Below, piece by piece: positions 14,501 to 27,561 of a stretch of DNA of 64,000 nt. Positions within the stretch are counted from its first letter, which is position 1. Each line of letters begins with the position of its first letter. Both the position numbers and the translations under genes were made by a program. The stretch is from positions 323,888,001-323,952,000 of the forward strand of contig OZ024741.1 of assembly GCA_964016885.1 (NCBI GenBank), given 5' to 3'. The DNA comes from Eledone cirrhosa. Its lineage: Eukaryota. A model generated the notes under the pieces. The model was given only the letters and a program-made list of their open reading frames with translations. It had not been told where the DNA came from and ran no database searches.

Positions 14501-17455
14501 AAGCATAATAGGGAACATGCTTTGAACCCGGATCAAAGGCAACTCTACTGCGATTTCCCTTCGCACTATACGTGGGATAAGAAGGGAAAGAAATGGAATG
14601 ATAGAAAACAAAAGTTGAGATTCATGACTATTGGGCGGGTTTGTAATGTCCATCCAGCATCTGGTGATGTGTTTTATCTCCGAATTCTGTTGCATAGTGA
14701 TTTTTCGAGAGGTAAACAGAGCTTCGCTGATTTGAAAACAATCAATGGCGTGGAATATGAAACATACCAGGCTGTGTGTCAACATCTGAGACTCCTGAAT
14801 GGAATAACGCCATGGAAGCTGCAGGAACAACACAGATGCCAGCTCAAATAAGCAGTTGTTTGTCACGATTCTAGGATTCTGCAATCCTGTCGATCCAAGA
14901 GAGTTATTTGAACGCCATTGGAGAATTATGGCTGATGATTTTAGGCATCATCTTCAGGTCGATGATGAAAGTTTTATGAAGGCTATTGTTTTGCTCAATA
15001 TTGAGCAACTGCTTGAAGTTCATTTGAAATGTTTAAGAGATTTCAATTTGCCAATTCCAGATGAAGAAATGCGGCAACGTGTCTTAGCATTGAACATGAG
15101 ATTGCAGCTTAGACGGTTGCCACTCGTTCGGAGGGAACTATTCCAGTTTGATCCACTGGAACAGCAACGTATTGTGGATGAACGTATGCCAATGTTGACC
15201 CAATCTCAGAGAGAATTGGTCGATGGCGTTCTCCACTCGATTTCCACTAATGAGCAACTTTGTGCTTTCATAGATGCTCCAGGAGGCACCGGAAAGACAT
15301 TCTGTTTGAACACTCTGTTATCGGCAGTCAGAGCTCAGAGGAAGATTGCCCTCCCTGTGGCCACCAGTGGTATCGCTGCCACTTTGCTGAGTGGTGGAAG
15401 GACCTTCCACTCATGCTTCAAGGTTCCATTGGCTCCGGATGAGTTGAGTGTCTGTAACATTACAGGACAAAGTGAACTCGCGGGCCTTATACGCAATACG
15501 TCTCTGATTATTTGGGACGAGGCTCCAATGGCACACAGATATTTGCTGGAGGCATTGGACAGAACTTTGAGAGATATCTGCGGTAGTGACCTGCCATTCG
15601 GTGGTAAGACTATCGTTCTTGGTGGCGATTTCAGACAGGTGTTACCAATTGTTAGGAATGCTCAAAGAGCGCAAATTGTCGATGCAAATTGTCTGAAAAA
15701 GTCCCCGTTGTGGAGCCCTTTCAGAGTTTTGCGATTACACGATAATATGCGACTTCGTATGTTCGGACAAAACGAAGAGGCTGAGACATATGGCCGATGG
15801 TTGATGCAGTTGGGAAATGATGAATTGCCACACGCTGGTGATAATCAGACTGTAAGAATCCCAGACCACTTGGTCATGTCATTGGACCACCAAGCACTGA
15901 TTGACTGGGTGTTCCCTAATTTGAATGCTTTTTGGCAGAATATCTCCTGGATATCGGAACGCATTATTCTAACTCATACGAATGCAACGGTCGATGAAAT
16001 ATATTCACAAGTAGCCGGAATGTTTCCTGGAGAGGAATGGTTGACCGTCAGTGCGGATGCAATGGAGCCTAATCAGCAGAACAATATGGATGTTCCGACT
16101 GAGTCTCTGAATTCACTTCAAATACCCGGATTTCCCCCCACATATTTTGAGGTTGAAAAAGGGTATGCCGATTAGATTGCTTAGAAATATCAATCATAAA
16201 ATGGGTCTTTGTAATGGTACCAGATTGATTGTTGAGATATTGATTAACGGAAGAGTTTTAGAAGCTAAACTCCCAGGCAGAGAGAAATCGGTTCTCATTC
16301 CGAGGATCATGCTGAGACCAAGTGAAGATCTGCTGTCATTCATTTGGCAAAGGAGACAGTTTCCCGTAAATTTGGCCTTCTCCATTACTGTCAACAAGGC
16401 ACAGGGACAGACTTTCAAACGAGTCGGTGTCTACTTGAATGATCCAGCATTCAGCCATAGCAAATGTTGCTGCATCCCGAGTGTGCGATCCTGATGGTAT
16501 AACATTTGCAATTGATACCACCAACAGAGGAACAACTCTGAATATTGTCTATAATGAAGCTTTCAGCTGATGTATGCATATCTTTAATGCTATCAATAAG
16601 CGACGTGAATAATTCGGACATTGGTGTCCTTTGATCAGTATTGTGAGCTTTGACAGAGTTATCATCTCTGTTCAATGTCATTTATTGTCGATAATGAGCA
16701 ATAAAAACCAACAAGTATTGGTAGAAATTGCCTTCAAATTTATCGCTTCTGATAGCGGTGGTAATACGCTGAGCCTGGCAAAAGGTTTGGTGCCTATGGC
16801 CGGCCAGAGCTAGAGTAATATTGAAAAATGATTCTATTTTCGAAGTAGAAGGATCCGCCATTTGTAGTTCAAACCAGGCCACCTCCCCGAGTTGAACTCT
16901 GGGCAATATTGACTGTCTATTACTCAGTGGCTAAGAGCCTGGAAATTACTGAATAAATTTTTGTGTCATATAATTTGTGGTTTTATTATTATAGCTGACC
17001 ACTTATAGATAAGCATGTTATCCATATCCATATTAATTTGGCATTTGTATAAACCATTTCAAGTAAATAGGGACCTTTTTTACATTGACGGACATCTTTT
17101 ATATTAATTATCTATATCTATATCTATATCTACATATAATATAAAAGATTGGAACTTCCATCATCCTTTTGAGAAACGTGGAACAACCACGTCTATGCAA
17201 TGATACACGTTTACGGTCAAAAGAAGATGAACCATCTCCTAGAGGTCACTATTCTAGGTGGGAGCACCTAGAATTGTTCATATACTATACACAAACGGTA
17301 CAACAAATAATCTGGTATATCTGGAAGAATTTTATTACTGTTTTTTGTATCACACTGACACCACGGACTCGCCTCATACTGTAATCAGACAAACATCCAT
17401 TACCTGTCTTCTCTTATCATCTGTTTTCTCGGGCGAAGCTGTGTACGTCAGCTAG
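11578..17455 (+). mobile_element. Formerly autonomous Helitron, full length
   Basis: 5' A|TCTATATATT at 11578; 3' GC-rich subterminal segment then CTAG|T at 17452-17455; RepHel coding region inside. Confidence 0.9.
12150..16560 (+). pseudogene. Helitron RepHel (HUH Rep plus PIF1-family helicase), broken by stops and frameshifts
   Basis: Rep motifs LFITVTCNP, VIEFPKRGLPHAHLLI, KYLFKYVYKG (ORF 13430-14851); helicase motifs APGGTGKTF, IIWDEAPM, LGGDFRQVLP, GLCNGTRL, RRQFPVNLAFSITVNKAQGQTF. Confidence 0.95.
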
Positions 17456-18302
17456 TATTTATTAATTTCAAGAACGTCAGTATTCCGTGTGTCATAATTC
17501 TCGATTATCATTGGTTCATAGGTTTCAAACGACTCCGCCCACCTCAACGACGCTAAACTGAAATTAATATGCATAATGCCAATGAGGGAGTGAGAGGGGA
17601 GAGTGTTAACGCTCTCTTCAATAACTATTAACATGTCTGCGTGTGTATGTACGTGCGCGTATGTTTATGTGTGTGTACGTGTGTATGTATGTGCGCGTAT
17701 GTTTATGTGTGTGTGCGTGCAGCGTTCCACAGAAAGTAAAAACTCTCAATATTTGTGAGTGTGTGCATGTATAAGTTTGCGTGCGTGTACGCGTTTCCAT
17801 GCGTGTATCTGTGTGGCGTTCCACAATCGCCACGCTGTTTATCTGTATGTGTGCCTGTCTGTCAGTCTAACATACACAGAGTTGTGAAAGGAGTAAATAG
17901 GGACCTTTTTTTTACATTGACAGACATTTTTTATATTAATTATCTATATCTATATCTACATATAATATAAAAGATTGGAACTTCCATCTTCCTTTTCAGA
18001 AACGTGGAACAACCACGTCTATGCAATGATACACGTTTTACAGTCAGGCAGAAGATGAACCATCTCCTAGAGGTCACTATTCTAGGTGGGAGCACCTAGA
18101 ATTGTTCATATACTATGCACAAACGGTACAACGAAGAATCTGGTATATCTGGAAGATTTTTTTTTACTGTTTTCTGTATCACACAGACACCACGGACTCG
18201 CCTCATACTGTAACCAGACAAACACCCAATACAGTCATATTCTCTTTTACGTGTCTTCTCTTATCATCTGTTTACCCGTGCGAAGCTGGGTACATCAGCT
18301 AG
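17456..18302 (+). mobile_element. Non-autonomous Helitron derivative 1 (tandem)
   Basis: Same 5' and 3' regions as 11578-17455 with RepHel missing; ends CTAG at 18299-18302. Confidence 0.9.
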
Positions 18303-19153
18303 TCTATATATTAATTTCAACAATGTCAGTATTCCGTGTGTCATAATTCTCGATTATCATTGGTTCATAGGTTACAAACGACTCCGCCCACCTCAACGAC
18401 GCCAAACTTAAATTAATATGCATAATGCCAATGAGGGAGTGAGAGGGGAGAGTAAGAAACAGAGAGGCAGAGTGAACGCTGTAACTATTACCATGTGTGC
18501 GTGTATACGTGCGCGTATGTTTATGTGTGTGTGCCTGCGTGCAGCGTTCCACAGAAAGTAAACGCAATTCGACTTTATCAAACAGTGAACTACAGCGGCG
18601 ACGGCGTGCAGCCAGGAATGAAGAAAAACGGGCCGAACAGCGCCATCGGAACGCCGAACTTCAGAGGCAAAGACGTGCCGCCATGAATGAAGAGGAGCTG
18701 GCTGAACAACTCCAACGAAACACTGGAACCAAGCAGCGACGGCGTGCTGCGATGGTTGAAGACGAACTGGCTGAGCATCATCTTTTATATTAATTATCTA
18801 TATCTATATCTACATTTAATATAAAAGATTGGAACTTCCATCATCCTTTTGGGAAACGTGGAACAACCACGTCTATGCAATGATACACGTTTTACAGTTA
18901 GGCAGAAGAGGAACCATCTCCTAGAGGTCACTATTCTAGATAGGAGCACCTAGAATTGTTCATATACTATACACAAACGGTACAACAAAGAATCTGGTAT
19001 ATCTGGAAGATTTTTTTACTGGTTTTTGGTATCATACAGACACCACGGACTCGCCTCATACTGTAATCAGACAAACATCCAATACAGTCATTTTCTTTTA
19101 CCTGTCTTCTCTTATCATCAGTTTACCCGGGCGAAGCTGGGTACGTCAGCTAG
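18303..19153 (+). mobile_element. Non-autonomous Helitron derivative 2 (tandem)
   Basis: Starts TCTATATATT immediately after the previous CTAG; retains the RepHel N-terminal repeats; ends CCGGGCGAAGCTGGGTACGTCAGCTAG|T. Confidence 0.9.
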
Positions 19154-19964
19154 TATAATTATAATTGCGCAAACACAAACTCATAAAAATACACTCTCAC
19201 AGACATAATTCACACAAATACACATACTTTCACACAAATATACATACATTCACACATATACTTTCACAGACCATCCGGGAATTTGACTACTGTGATTTAC
19301 GGATTAATTGCTGAAATATATTTCTTACTTAAAGAAATATATACAAAGGAGATTAATCATTTTAAAAGGTATCTATATTTCAAGTTCTAGTTAAACTTTA
19401 ATTAGTTACCTACTTAGCTATGTGTGCTTACATTCTTTACAAATTATTCCCTGTGATTGTTTCATATGTTTATTTTATATATATATATATATGTCAATCT
19501 ATTTCTACTTGATATGTAATGCTCGGATCTATTCATTGGAATCTTTGAGCTTATTCTATAGTGGATATGGCGCATGTCTCTCAGACATGACAACCCTTAA
19601 TTTTAATTTTGGATATACATTCATTACATATACATTTACACAAACAGACACATACAGTCATGATCACGTTAGGTTTAATTGGAGATGGGAGGGTATACTT
19701 TCACACAAATATACATACCTTCACACAAATATACATACATTCAAAATTACTTTCACGCAAACATACATTCACAGATATACATTTACACAAACATACATAC
19801 ATTCACACATATACATTTACACAAACACACACATACAGTCATGATAGCGTTCGGTTTAATTAGTGATGGGAGGGTAAAACAAGTATAACGTTTTATTTAT
19901 TTATTAACTCTTTATTTATTTATTAACTCTTTATTTATTTATTAACTCTTTTTTTTAAAACTCA

Positions 19965-20869
19965 TCTATATATTAATTTGAACAACGTCAGTATTCCGTG
20001 TGTCATAATTCTCGATTATCATTGGTTCATAGGTTTCAAACGGCTCCGCCCACTTCAACGACGCCAAACTGAAATTAATATGCATAATGCCAATGAGGGA
20101 GTGAGAGGGGTGAGTGTGCACGCTATATGTGTTAGTGTAGAGATATGTGTGTGTATGGAAATAAGAGGTGAAGGAAAGCAATAACTATTAACATGCATGC
20201 GTGTGTATGTACGTGCGCGTATGTTTATGTGTGTGCGCGTGCGTGTGTATGTACGTGCGCATATGTTTATGTGTGTGCGCGTGCGTGCAGCGTTCCACAG
20301 AAAGTAAAAACTATCAACATGTTTGAGTGTGTGTGCGTGTGTAAGTTTGCGTACGTGTACGCGATTCCGTGTGTGTATGTGTGTGGCATTCCACAATCGC
20401 CATGCTGTTTATCTGTATGTGTGCATGTCTGTCAGTCTAACATACACAGAGTTGTGAAGGGAGTAAATAGGGACTTTTTTTTACATTGACGCACATCTTT
20501 TATATTAATTATCTATATCTATATCTACATATAATATAAAAGATTGGAACTTCCATCATCCTTTTGAGAAACATGGAACAACCACGTCTATGCAATGATA
20601 CACGTTTTACAGTCAGACAGAAGATGAACCATCTCCTAGAGGTCACTATTCTAGGTGGGAGCACCTAGAATTGTTCATATACTATGCACAAATGGTACAA
20701 CGAAGAATCTGGTATATCTGGAAGATTTTTTTTTACTGTTTTCTGTATCACACAGACACCACGGACTCGCCTCATACTGTAACCAGACAAACACCCAATA
20801 CAGTCATTTTCTCTTTTACTTGTCTTCTCTTATCATGTTTACTTGGGCGAAGCTGGGTACGTCAGCCAG
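19965..20869 (+). mobile_element. Non-autonomous Helitron derivative 3 (solo)
   Basis: A|TCTATATATT through GTCAGCCAG|T; collinear with derivative 1. Confidence 0.88.
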
Positions 20870-21059
20870 TTTAATATAATGGTTACAAAACAAAAACACT
20901 AAAAAATATAATATATACAAAGGAAAGGGAAGGTAAAAAAAGAATGAGAAAAAAATACACAAGCACTAATACACACATCTTAGACCCCATAGAACAAAAT
21001 GCAGAGGAAAGGGTGGAAAAACGAGACGCTGCCAGAGCAAAATATAGCAATATAGCGCG

Positions 21060-21515
21060 GAGCACTGGGAAAGCTCTCTAATAATTTTTGAGGCAGGCCA
21101 ACACGCTCGCAGCGTTACCTGGTGTGATGGCGAGGCTGAGGTGCTGGAACAACCAAGTGCCCTCATGAGCATCACCAGTTACCTCTGTTTGGCGAGCTGC
21201 CAGTGAAGATAAGAACCTCGTTGTCAGTAGCCCGACTCCCACAAACGCCACGAACGCCACAGGCTGGATAATGTAGTTAGCTGACAGAACATGGTATTTT
21301 AGGATTTTGTTCCGTTGAGCTGCGGATGCTGTAGCTCTCTCCCTTGCCGCTGCATCCAGGATGTGGGAAGAAGCAAAAGAGGCACTAACTGTGACGTCCC
21401 AGGTAAGGCACCTGCCTCTTGACCAGGAGCACAGAGTAAGACCATCGAGTCTTTTCCCATCAATTCAGGACCACCCAGACGGTTCCAAAATTGAGGGGAA
21501 GTTTGCCCGGGCCAA
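21060..21515 (-). mobile_element. 3' fragment of a CRE-like non-LTR element (restriction-like endonuclease)
   Basis: Minus strand reads LEPSG...DGKRLDGLTLCSWSRGRCLTWDVTV...KILKY...IQPVAF...LFQHLSLAITPGNAASVL. Confidence 0.75.
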
Positions 21516-21719
21516 AGTTCATGATTGGTAATAGGACAGTGTGTGTATGTGCGCGTGCGTGAGTTTGTTGGTGTTCTTAAATTAGAGACAGGTGTGTGTG
21601 TGTCACTGTTTTTAAGTTAGAGACATATATGTGCGTATCCCTTTCCTTCCTTTTACACACACATACATTCTCACAAACACACATACACATTGCGTGATGG
21701 ACGGGTTGACAGAAGTCCC

Positions 21720-22375
21720 TCAAATTTAAATACATGTGAATGGAGTTCTACTGAAGCAGTTAGAGAAGTTCAAGTATCTTGGAGCCGTGTTCATGAGTGA
21801 TGGAATGCAGGAGTCTGAATTAAGTGCAAGAATTGCAAAAGCTGATGCAGTAAAGCGCCAGCCTCAGTAACCAGATGAAGGGGGTAGGTGTAAAAGCCAA
21901 ACTCGCTGTCTTCCTGGTATTCCTGCCAACTCTTACCGAGGATCATGAATCTTGAGTAATGATCAAAAGAATACAATTCCAAATAAAAGCGGCAGGAATG
22001 GGATTCCTCCGAAGGGTCTTTGGAGTAACGTTACTCTATAAAGTGCATAACTCAGAGACCAGAGAGTCACTCCTGGTAGAGTCGCTACTTCTCCGAATTG
22101 AAAGATCACAACTCCGATATTATGAGCATGGGGTTAGAATGTCTCAGTAAAGAATCGCTGGACACATTTTACAGGCAAAAACCAACCGGCAAGAGACCCA
22201 GAGGTAGACACTGAGCAAGATAGTTGGATAACATCCATGAGCTTGGCTGGTCACGCTTTGGGATCCAGCTGGATCAGTTAGAAATGTTTGCTACTGACAG
22301 ACTCGCTGGAAGGAGTGTTTCAGAAGGACTCTGGCCCCACGACCCTCTCAGAAATAAGTGGGTGAAGAAGAAGAT
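21720..22375 (+). mobile_element. 3' fragment of an RTE-clade LINE
   Basis: LKQLEKFKYLGAVF, AAGMGFLRRVFGVT..KVHNSE.RESL, IERSQLRYYEH.VRM; (GAA)n tail. Confidence 0.8.
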
Positions 22376-22574
22376 ATTGTCAATTTACTTTTCAATTTAC
22401 ATATAACTATATGCATAAATGGAAAAAATGAAATTTCATTTCTCACACTTAGTACGGCTGATACCTAAATATAAGTAACTCACTCACTCGATATGCAAAT
22501 TAGGCTACTCAGCCGTTAATATGCATAATGAAAGTATATACTTTCAAAAGTTCAATCAACTGACAGGAAGGTAT

Positions 22575-22617
22575 ACGGTGCTGATAACAGCTAATATGCT
22601 AGAAACTAGTTCATCGT
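22575..22617 (+). ncRNA. Minimal type-I hammerhead, core variant CTGATAA
   Basis: ACGGTG-CTGATAA-C-AGC(taatat)GCT-A-GAAA-CTAG-TT-CATCGT. Confidence 0.6.
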
Positions 22618-23012
22618 TCCTTTGTCAGTGTTGAACAAAATGGCAACGATGGTTGCCGAACACTGTACGGCTAATAATTCGGGCTGTTTGTTTACAAACA
22701 AACTGAGCATTATAATAAATGTTCGGTAAACCCATACGTACATATATATATATATATATATATATATGAGTGCATGTATGTATATACATACTACTGTACG
22801 TCTGCACACATATATGTATGTATGTATACATACTTATATGTAGGTATCAGCCGTACTAAAAGTGAGAAATGAAATTTCATTTTTTCCATTTATCTTTTTT
22901 CGGTACGCCCGGCCGACTAACTTACTCGATATGCAAATTAGGCTACTCAGCCGTTAATATGCATAAGGAAAGAATATACTTTCAAACGTTCAATCAACTG
23001 ACACGAAGGTAT

Positions 23013-23055
23013 ACGGTGCTGGTGGCAGCTAATAAGCTAGAAACTAGTTCATCGT
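23013..23055 (+). ncRNA. Minimal type-I hammerhead, mutated core CTGGTGG
   Basis: Same as 22575-22617 with different core substitutions; the two copies together are consistent with an ancestral CTGATGA. Confidence 0.5.
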
Positions 23056-23379
23056 TCCTTTGTCAGTGTTGAACAAAATGGCAACGATCGTTGCCGAACA
23101 CTATACGGTTAATAATTCTGGCTGTTTGTTTACAAACAAACCGAGCATTATAATATATGTTTACACATATATATATGAGTGCATGTATGTATGTATATAC
23201 ATACTACTGTACGTGTGTATACATACTTATATATATACGTATGCATACTTATATATACGTATACATACTTATATGTATACATATATATTTGCATATAATA
23301 TCAATATGCACACCACATATGCTAGCAGAAAACCGCACGAGGGCGGTTTTTCTGGTAGTATTTCATAATATATGTATAA

Positions 23380-23422
<43 letters not shown>

Positions 23423-23430
23423 TGTATGTA

Positions 23431-23498
<68 letters not shown>

Positions 23499-23502
<4 letters not shown>

Positions 23503-24176
23503 TACTTTGGGAGGGTCATGTTGCCAATAAGAAACACACGCGCCAGTTATTTCATTCCAATTTATTATAAATTAAATTTATAAATTTAAGAATTTATAAA
23601 TTTCTGGTTGGTTGGTTGGTACACCACCAACATGCTAAAATAGAACATAAGGGTAAATTAGAGAACATAGAAATAAAAATAAAATCTACACACAGAAAAG
23701 ACGCAATGTTTAGACAAATCACAGAGACAATAAACATAAATGAACTCCAACCAAAATTAAATAGAAAACATGAATGGAATAGCAACATCACAACTTACAA
23801 TTAAGGATAAAATGAAAACACACACACATAGAACAAACAACCAACTAGTAACATGTAAATAAACAAATAAACAAACAAATAAAAACACACACAGACACCC
23901 GGATGTAACACATGCGCAAACTAAGCACACAACACATACAAAAACAAGATGACGTAGAAGAGAACAAAGGAGAGGCAAAAAACAAAGAGAAGAATCCCCG
24001 GTCACTGAAGAGGTCACAGAATGTGTGACGAAAGAACTTTGACAATATGGACAACCGTCCGGTTGTGGAACCAACCAACCAACCGGAAATTTATAAATTT
24101 AATTTATAATAAGTTGGAGTGAAAGCAACTGGTGCGTGTGTTTCTTATTGGCAACATGACCCTGCCAAAGTATAAC
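23499..24176 (+). mobile_element. Penelope-like element 3' remnant with inverted terminal repeat
   Basis: Inverted arms ~23499-23620 and ~24069-24176; internal ORF ending RQITETININELQPKLNRKHEW resembles the C-terminus of a PLE GIY-YIG endonuclease; hammerhead at 24001. Confidence 0.7.
24001..24043 (+). ncRNA. Minimal type-I hammerhead ribozyme
   Basis: GTCA-CTGAAGA-G-GTCACA(gaatg)TGTGAC-GAAA-GAAC-TT-TGAC; stems I and II pair perfectly. Confidence 0.7.
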
Positions 24177-24233
24177 AATATCGGTTTCAACACACGTTTT
24201 CAGATAAGGAATCTTGCTAAACAAATTCAGAAA

Positions 24234-24277
<44 letters not shown>

Positions 24278-24332
24278 GTGAGGTTTTTTTTACAAAATGA
24301 AAAATAACCGAGGTGTCATACACGAGTGAAAG

Positions 24333-24984
24333 TATAAAGAAAAAGAGATGAAATCGAAAATGTAACTGGAGTCTTATTTTTTAAAAAAATATATATATTT
24401 ATTTGGTTCCTTTACCGGTTTCGCAGTTCTTCTGCTTTTCAAAAGGGGAGTTGAGATGGAGGGTCTGTGGTTTTTCTCACATCTGGTTGGTCTCTGAATG
24501 TTACTTGTTTTATATGGAAAAAGTGGCTCGAAATGCCAGGTTTTTCGAGAAGTAATTTGATTGGTTTGTCAATAATTATAATAAATTTCGCGCCAGTTCG
24601 CGTTACAATAGTTCTTCAAATAAGAGGGGGGGGGGGGGGGTTGTCGCAGGTTGTTTTTTCATATATGAGTGTTTGAATTTCTTTTTACTTGAAAAAAGGA
24701 GGCTCACGAAGGCTTTTTTTTTGGTTGGTTATAAATGAAATTATGGCTGTCACGTGAACAAATTTTCATTAAACTTTTGTGCCCTTATTTGGAAATCCAT
24801 TCTGTAGCCTTTTTAGAGAATTTTTTGATAAGTGAAAGATAATGGTCAAGAGAAAGGGATGGGAGAATTGTTCTGGTTCAGTGTATATGGTTAGTTCGCT
24901 GGGGTGTCAGAATTCAGATTTTCTATTGAATAAAAAAAGTAAAGATATGTGTGTTTATTTGTGTGCTTGTGTGTGTGTGTGCGC

Positions 24985-25019
<35 letters not shown>

Positions 25020-25715
25020 AATTTCTTTACTTTAAAAAAAGGTGGCTCACGAAGGCTTTTTTTTAATAAACGTGATTTGATTGGTTATAAATGAAATTTG
25101 GCTGTCACGTGAACAAGTTTTCATTACATTTTTGCGCCCTTATTTGGAAAACTATTCTGTAGTCTTTATAGCGAATGTTATGACAATGGAAAGATAGTGG
25201 TCAAGAGAAATGGCATTGGGAGAATTGTTCTGGTTCAGTGAATATGGTTAGTTCGCTGGGGTGTCAGAGTTCAGATTTTCTATTGAAGTGAAGATATGTA
25301 TGTTTATTTGTGTGCTTGTGTGTGTGTATGTGTGTGTGTGTGTATGTGTGTATTGGAAGATGATTCTATTAGTAGAAATGGGGGAGGGAGTTGTGTGTGT
25401 GTGTATATGGGTGTTATGTGTGTGTGTGCGAGTATGTTAAGATGGAGAGAATATATATTTTGTGTGTGTGTATATATATATGGGTGTAGGAAAGTGGTTC
25501 TATTAGTAGAAATTAGTGTGTATATGGGTGTTATGTGTGTGTGTGCGAGTATGTTAAGATGGAGAGAATATATATTTTGTGTGTGTGTATATATATGTGT
25601 GTAGGAAAGTGGTTCTATTAGTAGAAATGGGGAGGGAGTTGTAGGTGTGGGGGTTGTTATGTGTGTGTATGGGTGTTATGTGTGTGGGAGTATGGTTAGC
25701 ATGTTAAGATGAAGA

Positions 25716-25758
<43 letters not shown>

Positions 25759-26632
25759 GTGTGTGTGTATGTGTGTGTAGGAAAGTGATTCCTTTAGTAG
25801 GAATATTTTTGAATGAACATATTTTCCTTACTTATTCGTGTTTGCTGTTGTATTGTCAGTGCAAACGTATGTTAAGGTTTATTTAGTTCGGGTTTTTATT
25901 TTCTAAAGTAGAAGGTGTTATGTGTGTATGTCATATTATGGTGTTGACATAATGTATATTAAACCATATTTAATGTTGGTCTATATTTTTGAATAAACAT
26001 ATTTTCCTTATTTATTCGCATTTGTTCTGTTGTATTGTTAGCGCAAAGGTAAAATGGGAAGACTTGGAATTTGGGTGTCTTATTACTTGCGCAATTCACT
26101 GAACCAGAACAATTCTCCCATCCCTTTCTCTTGACCATTATCTTTCACTTATCAAAAAATTCTCTAAAAAGGCTACAGAATGGATTTCCAAATAAGGGCA
26201 CAAAAATTTAATGAAAATTTGTTCACGTGACAGCCATAATTTCATTTATAACCAACCAAAAAAAGTCTTCGTGAGCCTCCTTTTTTCAAGTAAAAAGAAA
26301 TTCAAACACTCATATATGAAAAAAACAACCTGCGACAACCCCCCCCTCTTATTTGAAGAACTATTGTAACACGAACTGGCGCGAAATTTATTATAATTAT
26401 TGACAAACCAATCAAATTACTTCTCGAAAAACCTGGCATTTCGAGCCACTTTTTCCATATAAAACAAGTAACATTCAGAGACCAACCAGATGTGAGAAAA
26501 ACCACAGACCCTCCATCTCAACTCACCTTTTGAAAAGCAGAAGAGCTGCGAAACCGGTAAAGGAACCAAATAAATATATATATTTAAAAAAAAAATAAGA
26601 CTCCAGTTGCATTTTCGATTTAATCTCTTTTT

Positions 26633-26638
<6 letters not shown>
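24333..26638. repeat. Large inverted repeat, ~550-bp arms, Penelope-pLTR-like
   Basis: 24333-24883 is the reverse complement of 26097-26638; internal partial tandem copy at ~25015-25290; each arm carries a hammerhead variant. Confidence 0.85.
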
Positions 26639-26692
<54 letters not shown>

Positions 26693-26697
26693 TATAT

Positions 26698-27299
<602 letters not shown>

Positions 27300-27400
27300 A
27301 GTGTGTGTGTGTATGTGTATGTGTATGTCCCGGGTTCAATTGGGGGTAATCACAGTAAGTAATGTACTCAATACATAGTAGAGTATAAATATTTAATGAA

Positions 27401-27450
27401 GCTTTCCTGATGATTCCCTTTGAATGAAACAGTTCTAGTTCTGTAAAAGC
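27401..27450 (+). ncRNA. Type-I hammerhead, near-intact
   Basis: GCTTTC-CTGATGA-TTC(ccttt)GAA-T-GAAACAG(ttctagtt)CTGTA-AAAGC. Confidence 0.6.
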
Positions 27451-27561
27451 CGTTTCTCTCTCTCTATATATATATACACGTAAATATATATGCATATATA
27501 TATAATCATAGAAAAGAAGAGAAGTGTAATCATCTACACATCTTCAGATTTTTTACGTCAT

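Larger units (their letters stand above)
22415..23165 (+). mobile_element. Tandem dimer (438-bp period) of a hammerhead-bearing non-coding repeat, retrozyme-like
   Basis: ATGCAAAT at 22493 and 22931; hammerhead-type motifs at 22575-22617 and 23013-23055; near-identical units. Confidence 0.75.

Noticed and set aside
16560-16920. Captured gene or RPA-like ORF downstream of the helicase
   Set aside because: Only short ORFs with no recognisable motif.
17456-20869. CRISPR-like or LTR-like repeats
   Set aside because: The repeats are ~850-900 bp Helitron derivatives with TC/CTAG ends, in a eukaryotic context.
23325-23360. GC hairpin resembling a Helitron 3' end or terminator
   Set aside because: It is followed by GTAG rather than CTRR, and no matching 5' end was found.
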